From an uncultured Mycobacterium sp. (GTDB lineage: Bacteria > Actinomycetota > Actinomycetes > Mycobacteriales > Mycobacteriaceae): 64,000 nucleotides of DNA. The DNA lies in assembly GCA_964511995.1 (NCBI GenBank), contig CAZEHT010000001.1:33919-97918 (forward strand), in the 5' to 3' direction. Positions 58,279 through 64,000 of the stretch are shown here, one piece after another; positions within the stretch are counted from its first letter, which is position 1, and each line of letters begins with the position of its first letter. The notes beneath the pieces were generated by a model, which was given only the letters and a program-made list of their open reading frames with translations, was not told the DNA's origin and ran no database searches. Position numbers and translations under genes: made by a program.

Positions 58279-58350
58279 CAGCGCCTCGATGTCGACCCTG
58301 GCGTAGACCCCAGTGCTCAACATCCGACGGTGCCGCAGCACGTGTCCAGC
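58279..58350 (-). pseudogene. Second tyrosine recombinase C-terminal remnant
   Basis: GHVLRHRRMLSTGVYARVDIEAL resembles the box II tail GQVLRH...TTxxYAKVD. Confidence 0.5.
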
Positions 58351-58947
58351 GCATCGACCTTTCGGCACCCCGAGGAACTCCTCAATCCTTTGCCATAGCG
58401 TGGTAATTAGCGTTAGAAGAGATTTAATACTTAGCGAAATCACAGTCCAGCTATGCGGTTATTAGGCGAAGCTCTATGGGGTTACCGCGCGGATCATTCA
58501 GGGCCCCTTCCTACGCACGTCGGTGCGCAGACCTTGCAGTCCACGCGGTCATTTGCGCGCAGCGAATGATCGCGCTGACCGGTGGAGCGTTCGAGCGGCT
58601 CCGGCATGGTCCACGTTCGAAGATATTCGACATTTCCGCTGCTAGCGTGGCCTAGAGGTCGGTTTCCACCGCGGTGCCACGAACGCAGCCACCACCGTCG
58701 CGGGGACCGCAATATGTGATGTGCATCACAGTTTTGACCCTTGTCCCACCTGGGATGCGTTCGTCAATCGAGGTGTCCTTGACCAGCAGAAACAGGAGTA
58801 AATTGGAAACGTTATTGACATGTAATAGTTCTGTTATCTGTGTTATCTACGACATCTGGGCGTTGCAAATCGGAGTTTTGTTTGTATGATTCCGTCGGAA
58901 CCGGGAGGGACATTTGGAGTAAATCGGGGGATTATTGGAGTAGAGGG

Positions 58948-61185
58948 ATGATCGCAGAGTATAGGGGTCACGTCGGGAAGGTGGCGGTGGCCCTGTGGCT
59001 AGGGGCGGCCGTCGCCGCAGGAAGCGGTGTCGCCTCGGGAGACACGGGTGATGCGGATTCCTCCGGTTCGCCGTCTCGGGAGCCTTCGTCGAGTTCGCCA
59101 CCCAGCAGTTCGTCTCAGAAGCCGACGCGTGGGTCCGCGAAATTACCGAGGTCTGTAACCGCGTCGGGAACGTCCGGCTCGGACAGATCATCGATTAGCC
59201 CCACGGACAGTAGGCGGCAACAGACCTCGCGAAATGGGTTGAGCCACCTCGGCCCGAGGTCATCCGATCCGACAGCACCCGCTTCTGTTCGCGGTTCGGC
59301 CACAAGCGGTGGTGGCGGCCCCGAGAAGTCCAGCTCCACTCGGCGCCATCCTGCGCCTAGAGCTGCCGACAAAACTCCAACTCAAGAGCCGAGTGATAGG
59401 GCCGGCACCGCCTTCAAGGACGGCGGGGATGCGGTCGACCAGCCAGCGACAGCAGTTGCCGAACCCCCAAGCCTCGGCGCGCCGGCAGTGGGCGCCGGAC
59501 TGTCGGAATCCCCGGTGAAAGACGGATTGACAGACCGGCAGCCGGGTGCGGCAGACCACAAAATCAGTGCGGATAAGTTCGCCACGCGCGGGAAGCGGGC
59601 AGACCGAACATCCGGCCAGGAGTCTCGGGCAGCCGCACATATCACAGCGATGCGGCGGGTGGCTGATGGCAAATTTGCGACCGACGCCGAGCGGCGAGTA
59701 CGGATGCTTCCGCGGAGCAACAACGGCGTTCTATCCGCTGTAGATACGTCCGCCCTTCCCAACGCGACGAAGTCCCTACAGGACGCACTGGCTCCCCTGA
59801 CCGCTCAGACAAGAGAGTCGGAGGAATTCGAGTCGGAGCAGCTCCCCTTCGCGCCAACCTTCGTCGCTGCGCCTCCGACGGCGCAAAGGAAGGTGGGAGA
59901 GCAACTGGCCGAAGCTGGAACGGCAGCAGATAACACGAAAACTCCAACTGCTCCCGGCGAAGAAGCTTTAACGATGGCGATGCTGGGCTGGGTGCGCCGC
60001 GAATCTGAGCGGTCCTTGCGTGAAGACGCAGGACAAAGTGCGCAACTCGGGGTACAGAGCGCTCAAAGTGCCGACGATGTGGCGGCTGAGGCCACCCTAT
60101 TCTCGGAGGAGGCGCAGGTGGCCGCCCCACCGGCCCTTCTAGCCGCCGCGGCCGCGGACACAACTGCACCTGTGGTCAGGATCACCAGCACCGCCGGACG
60201 GGTGTCGGGCACCGTGACCCTGACCGCCACCGCCACCGACAACGTGGGTGTGACCGGCGTGCAGTTCCTGGTGAACAACACGCCGTTTCGCTCCGTGGAC
60301 ACCAGCGCGCCCTACACGCTTACGGTGAACACCACCCCGGCGGACAACGGCACCTACACGGTCGCCGCGCTAGCCGGTGACGCCGCCGGCAACATCGCCA
60401 CCTCGGCACCGGTCACCGTCATCGTCGCCAACAATGTGGCATCTGAATTGCCTCCGGCCTCTTCGGCGCCACTGTTTGTCGGCGACTACAGCACCGGCGA
60501 TTTAAGCCAGTGGCCGGTAATACAGAACAAGCTGGTCAACGATCCGCCGAAGTATTATCCGGGCGGCTACCCGGTGACTATCCAATACGATCCCGCAGGC
60601 GCCTATGTCGCACGATATGAGCTGCGTGACGGTGATGGCGATATACCGGCAGGGTCGGGCACGGAGCGCACCGAGGTGTCGGGCGGCGGGAACAGCAGCA
60701 TCACCGGCGGCAGAGAAGGGGAGGTCCGCTATTACGAGTTCTGGACGAAATTCCCGTCAGGCTGGACCAACAACGGCAGTTGGGGCGTCACAAATCAGTG
60801 GCACGGCGATGGCCCGGGGAGCCCCCCAGTGGCTTTCGGCTGGAACACTTGGGACGGGTACCCCACGCAATGGGCTTTGCGCACAGGGCAGAACGCGACG
60901 GTGTTGTGGAGTGCCCCAATTGATACCGATCAGTGGCATAAGGTCACGATGGAGATCAAATGGTCGAGGACGTCCAGTGGTTACGTCAAGTTGTGGTATG
61001 ACGGAGTGCCGCAGACACTTCGAGGTGGCGGGTTGCAGTGGAACGGTCCGACGATGAACTCCGGTGACACGTTCACCTACTATAAGGAGGGCCTGTACCG
61101 GGCGGGTGATGCGAGAGCGACGGCGGTGATCTATCACGCCGGGTACCGGGTGTGCTCCCGCGCTGACTGCCTGACGTCGACATAA
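58948..61185 (+). CDS. Secreted protein: signal peptide, S/T/P/A linker, bacterial Ig-like domain, polysaccharide lyase-like (heparin lyase I-like) domain
   Basis: VAVALWLGAAVAAGSGVASG signal; DTTAPVVRITS...TLTATATDNVGVTGVQF...DAAGN Ig repeat; ARYELRDGD..ERTE, NQWHG, QWHKVTMEIKWS..GYVKLWYDG, YKEGLYR. Confidence 0.75.
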   Translation: MIAEYRGHVGKVAVALWLGAAVAAGSGVASGDTGDADSSGSPSREPSSSSPPSSSSQKPTRGSAKLPRSVTASGTSGSDRSSISPTDSRRQQTSRNGLSHLGPRSSDPTAPASVRGSATSGGGGPEKSSSTRRHPAPRAADKTPTQEPSDRAGTAFKDGGDAVDQPATAVAEPPSLGAPAVGAGLSESPVKDGLTDRQPGAADHKISADKFATRGKRADRTSGQESRAAAHITAMRRVADGKFATDAERRVRMLPRSNNGVLSAVDTSALPNATKSLQDALAPLTAQTRESEEFESEQLPFAPTFVAAPPTAQRKVGEQLAEAGTAADNTKTPTAPGEEALTMAMLGWVRRESERSLREDAGQSAQLGVQSAQSADDVAAEATLFSEEAQVAAPPALLAAAAADTTAPVVRITSTAGRVSGTVTLTATATDNVGVTGVQFLVNNTPFRSVDTSAPYTLTVNTTPADNGTYTVAALAGDAAGNIATSAPVTVIVANNVASELPPASSAPLFVGDYSTGDLSQWPVIQNKLVNDPPKYYPGGYPVTIQYDPAGAYVARYELRDGDGDIPAGSGTERTEVSGGGNSSITGGREGEVRYYEFWTKFPSGWTNNGSWGVTNQWHGDGPGSPPVAFGWNTWDGYPTQWALRTGQNATVLWSAPIDTDQWHKVTMEIKWSRTSSGYVKLWYDGVPQTLRGGGLQWNGPTMNSGDTFTYYKEGLYRAGDARATAVIYHAGYRVCSRADCLTST

Positions 61186-61207
61186 CCAGCGAAGGCGGTC
61201 AATGTTG

Positions 61208-61248
61208 GCCTAGCGGAGGCGAGCATCGTTGCGTCGCCTCCGCTAGGC
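61208..61248 (+). terminator. 15-bp stem hairpin after the lyase gene (palindromic repeat, copy 2)
   Basis: GCCTAGCGGAGGCGA (61208-22) and TCGCCTCCGCTAGGC (61234-48) are exact reverse complements. Confidence 0.65.
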
Positions 61249-61625
61249 ATTAACCAGGCATCCAACCGGGACGATAGGGCTCATTGGGCTTGGATTGGCG
61301 TGACACGCCTCCGTTCCCACGGCTACATCGCCGGGGGCGAAGACGACCGGCAGCTTCCTTGAGAGGCCCAACGCTTCGTGGGGACAAGCGCTGAATGAGT
61401 TGCATACATTCGCGAGCTGTCCAGGACAGCCGGATCAGTGGTTGGAGCGGAACGACCGGGCGCAAGCTTCCTCGACACCAATGTTCACCAGACTCGAAGG
61501 TGGCAAACACACAAGCCGGCAGAGCATACGTTTTTGGAGGGCTCGGTTCGACGGGGTAACAGCGTATCGCTTCAGGGAGACCCACGCCGGGATCCAACAG
61601 CGTGCACAGCAGCCGAACGACAACC

Positions 61626-61643
61626 ATCAGGCAATTGCCTGAT
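61626..61643 (-). terminator. Perfect 18-bp palindrome just downstream of ltp2
   Basis: ATCAGGCAATTGCCTGAT, 6 bp after the ltp2 stop. Confidence 0.5.
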
Positions 61644-61649
61644 CGGCAA

Positions 61650-62825
61650 CTACCCCAGAATCAACCCCGACGTCGGCACACCCGTCCCGGCCGTGACCAG
61701 CACATGCTCAACACCGTCGACCTGGTTGACCGATGTCCCGCGCAGTTGCCGCACACCTTCGGCGATGCCGTTCATACCGTGGATGTAGGCCTCACCTAGC
61801 TGACCGCCATGGGTGTTGATCGGCAACCGCCCACCGATCTCGATCGCGCCGTCGGCAATGAAGTCTTTGGCCTCACCCTTCCCACAGAACCCCAGCTCCT
61901 CCAACTGGATCAAGGTGAACGGGGTGAAATGGTCGTAGAGCACCGCCGTTTGGATGTCAGCCGGCGACAGTCCGGACTGTGCCCACAGCTGGTCGCCGAC
62001 CAAGCCCATTTCGGGCAAGCCGAGTTCTGGCCGGTAGTAGCTGACCATCGTGTACTGGTCGACGCCGGAGCCCTGCGCCGCCGCCGTGATGACGGCCGGC
62101 GGCTGCTTCAGATCCTTGGCCCGCTCCGCAGTAGTGACCACGAGCGCGACCGCACCGTCGGTCTCCTGGCAGCAGTCCAGCAGCCGCAGTGGCTCTGCGA
62201 TCCACCGCGAGTTCTGGTGGTCCTCGATAGTGATGGGCTTCTGGTAGAAGTAGGCCTTCGGGTTCTTGGCAGCGTGCTTACGGTCGGCCACCGAGATCGC
62301 GCCGAAGTCCCGGCTGGTCGCGCCTGAGGCGTGCATGTACCGCCGGGCGATCATCGCCACCTGGGCGGCTGGCGTGGACAGACCGTGCGGATAGGAGAAC
62401 GCGTTGTCGGCCTGCGTCGAATTTGCCGTTGCGCCGGCAGAGCCCGCCAGCGCGGTCTGCACCTGACCGAACCGCATGCCGGAACGCTCGTTGAACGCTC
62501 GGTAGGCGACCACACACTCGGCCACCCCGCTGGCCACCGCGATCGCGGCCTGCTGCACCGTGCCACATGCCGCGCCGCCGCCGTAATGGATCTGGGAGAA
62601 GAACTTCAGTTCGCCGACGCCCGCGGCGCGTGCAACTGCCTGCTCGGTGTTGGAATCCATGGTGAAGGTGACCAGGCCGTCGACATCGGACGGCGACAGG
62701 CCGGCGTCGGCGACGGCGTCCAGGACGGCTTCGGCGGCGAGCCTGAGCTCACTGCGTCCCGAGTCCTTCGAGAAGTCGGTGGCACCGATGCCGACGATGG
62801 CCGCCGCACCCGACAGGCCTGTCAT
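61650..62825 (-). CDS. ltp2: Lipid-transfer/aldolase Ltp2 (Rv3540c ortholog)
   Basis: GIGATDFSKDSGRSELRLA, PLRLLDCCQETDG, NTHGGQLGEAYIHG. Confidence 0.92.
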   Translation of the reverse strand: MTGLSGAAAIVGIGATDFSKDSGRSELRLAAEAVLDAVADAGLSPSDVDGLVTFTMDSNTEQAVARAAGVGELKFFSQIHYGGGAACGTVQQAAIAVASGVAECVVAYRAFNERSGMRFGQVQTALAGSAGATANSTQADNAFSYPHGLSTPAAQVAMIARRYMHASGATSRDFGAISVADRKHAAKNPKAYFYQKPITIEDHQNSRWIAEPLRLLDCCQETDGAVALVVTTAERAKDLKQPPAVITAAAQGSGVDQYTMVSYYRPELGLPEMGLVGDQLWAQSGLSPADIQTAVLYDHFTPFTLIQLEELGFCGKGEAKDFIADGAIEIGGRLPINTHGGQLGEAYIHGMNGIAEGVRQLRGTSVNQVDGVEHVLVTAGTGVPTSGLILG

Positions 62826-63238
62826 GCGGGGTCCCCAATCGTCGGCAAAGACGGCAAAGTCAAGCTGGCCGTCGCGATCACGTGGTCACCCAAGCTGTTG
62901 GAGCCAATCACCTTGCACGTCACCAGCTCACCGTCGACCGCGGTCACCTCGCCACGGAACGTGACGGTGTCATAGGCATACCACGGCACCCCGAGTCGCA
63001 GCCCGATGGACTTGATCCGCGCACACGGACCAGCCCAGTCGGTCAGATATCGCTGCACCAGCCCGGTATCGGTGAGGATGTTGACGAAGATGTCCTTGGA
63101 GCCCTTGGCCTGCGCCTTGTCCCGGTCGTGGTGCACGTCCTGGTAGTCGCGAGTGGCGATGGCGGTCGAGACGATGAAGGTCGGATCGCCGTAGATCGTC
63201 AACTCGGGCAGCTTGTTTCCCGCGGTTACCGTGCTCAC
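62822..63238 (-). CDS. chsH1: Enoyl-CoA hydratase subunit ChsH1 (Rv3541c ortholog)
   Basis: ATRDYQDVHHD, IFVNILTDTGLVQRY, RLGVPWYAYD. Confidence 0.9.
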   Translation of the reverse strand: MSTVTAGNKLPELTIYGDPTFIVSTAIATRDYQDVHHDRDKAQAKGSKDIFVNILTDTGLVQRYLTDWAGPCARIKSIGLRLGVPWYAYDTVTFRGEVTAVDGELVTCKVIGSNSLGDHVIATASLTLPSLPTIGDPA

Positions 63239-64000
63239 GTGACCGGCTCCCAGGCGTAGAGGGTCCAGGCCGGGCCGGTGGCCGACTCCGGAATGTCGAT
63301 GTAGGTCGCCCGAACCGGCAGCCCGATCTGCACCGACGCGGGGTCGGCGCCGCGCAACTCCCCAAGCATCCGCACCCCTTCCTCGAGCTCGATGAGCGCG
63401 ATGACGAACGGCAGGGTGCGACCGGGCACCTTCGGGGCGTGGTGCACGACGAAGCTGAACACGGTGCCCTTGCCGGAGGACACGACGTAGTCGACCGGTT
63501 CGCTCTTGTCCTGCCAGATAGCCGGCACCGGCGGGTGGGTCAGGCTCCCGTCGGCGCGCCTCTGGATGCGCAGCTCGTGTGCATTGACCCCGTCCCAGAA
63601 GAACTTCGTGTCCCGCGAGACCGCCGGGCGCATCAGCTTGTCCGGGTCCAGGTCATCCGGGACCGCGGGAACCGCCTTGAGTTCCCCTTTGTCACGAGGA
63701 ATGAACTTCATGACGCGCCACATCATCTCGGCGACCTCTTCAGTGCCGACCGTCCAGGTGATCTTCTGGTTTATGAAGTAACCCTCGCCGAGAGCGGTCT
63801 GCTTGGGTCCGACGACATCGGTGAGCTCGGCGCTGATGCTGACAGCCTCACCCGGTCGTAGATAGCGGTGGTAGGTCTGCTCGCAGTTGGTGGCGACGAC
63901 GCCGACGTAGCCTGCTGCATCGAATAATTCGATGATCTTGCTGAACGGATCGTCGTCGGGTCTGACACCGCCCAGACCCCGCATGGTCCAGACCTGGATC
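63235..64000 (-). CDS. chsH2: ChsH2, MaoC plus DUF35 (Rv3542c ortholog; 5' end outside the window)
   Basis: IQVWTMRGL, VVATNCEQTYHRYL, RPAVSRDTKFFW, FVIALIELEEGVRM. Confidence 0.9.
   Translation of the reverse strand, partial: IQVWTMRGLGGVRPDDDPFSKIIELFDAAGYVGVVATNCEQTYHRYLRPGEAVSISAELTDVVGPKQTALGEGYFINQKITWTVGTEEVAEMMWRVMKFIPRDKGELKAVPAVPDDLDPDKLMRPAVSRDTKFFWDGVNAHELRIQRRADGSLTHPPVPAIWQDKSEPVDYVVSSGKGTVFSFVVHHAPKVPGRTLPFVIALIELEEGVRMLGELRGADPASVQIGLPVRATYIDIPESATGPAWTLYAWEPVT

Larger units (their letters stand above)
33529..61635. mobile_element. Accessory mosaic/genomic island between hsd4B and ltp2 (boundaries approximate)
   Basis: Interrupts an otherwise collinear cholesterol cluster. 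Contains recombinases, an IS stub, several pseudogenes and AT-richer intergenic tracts, with no exact KstR box noticed. Confidence 0.75.

Noticed and set aside
58811-58848. TTGACA and GTTATCT direct repeats upstream of the lyase gene
   Set aside because: No -10 element at canonical spacing; not enough to call a promoter or operator
1-64000. CRISPR array, tRNA, rRNA or dif site
   Set aside because: No regularly spaced repeats or recognisable RNA-gene or dif signatures were seen by eye; tRNAscan/Infernal were not run

Overview
High-GC actinobacterial chromosome, most likely a rapidly growing Mycobacterium/Mycolicibacterium. The backbone is the KstR-regulated cholesterol catabolic cluster, collinear with M. 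tuberculosis Rv3501c-Rv3542c: yrbE4A, hsd4A, fdxD, fadE26/27, fadD17, ilvX, fadD19, cyp142, Rv3519-21-like, ltp4/ltp3, kshA, Rv3527/29c/30c/31c-like, hsaF/G/E, kstD, hsd4B, then ltp2, chsH1, chsH2. Six exact KstR boxes (TnnAACnnGTTnnA) are present. Departures from that template are a second FadD17 paralog, a KsdD-type 3-ketosteroid dehydrogenase, a decayed nitronate-monooxygenase gene and no echA19. Between hsd4B and ltp2 lies a ~28 kb accessory mosaic (33.5-61.6 kb). It contains pseudogenes, a MarR/F420/flavin redox module, a block resembling Mtb Rv2683-Rv2688c (fluoroquinolone-efflux ABC, ArsB/NhaD permease, CBS protein), a second ABC exporter, an IS256 stub, surface-polysaccharide genes and recombinase remnants. 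The most notable feature is an intact four-gene, translationally coupled cassette (48329-54160, minus strand): a complete tyrosine recombinase, a degenerate recombinase-fold protein with a Cys cluster, a third recombinase with a Cys cluster, and a small HTH/coiled-coil protein. It fits neither the Tn554 nor the RIT layout and appears to have inserted into a kinase-like membrane-protein gene. All homology calls come from motif recognition, not database searches. No rRNA, tRNA or CRISPR array was seen.
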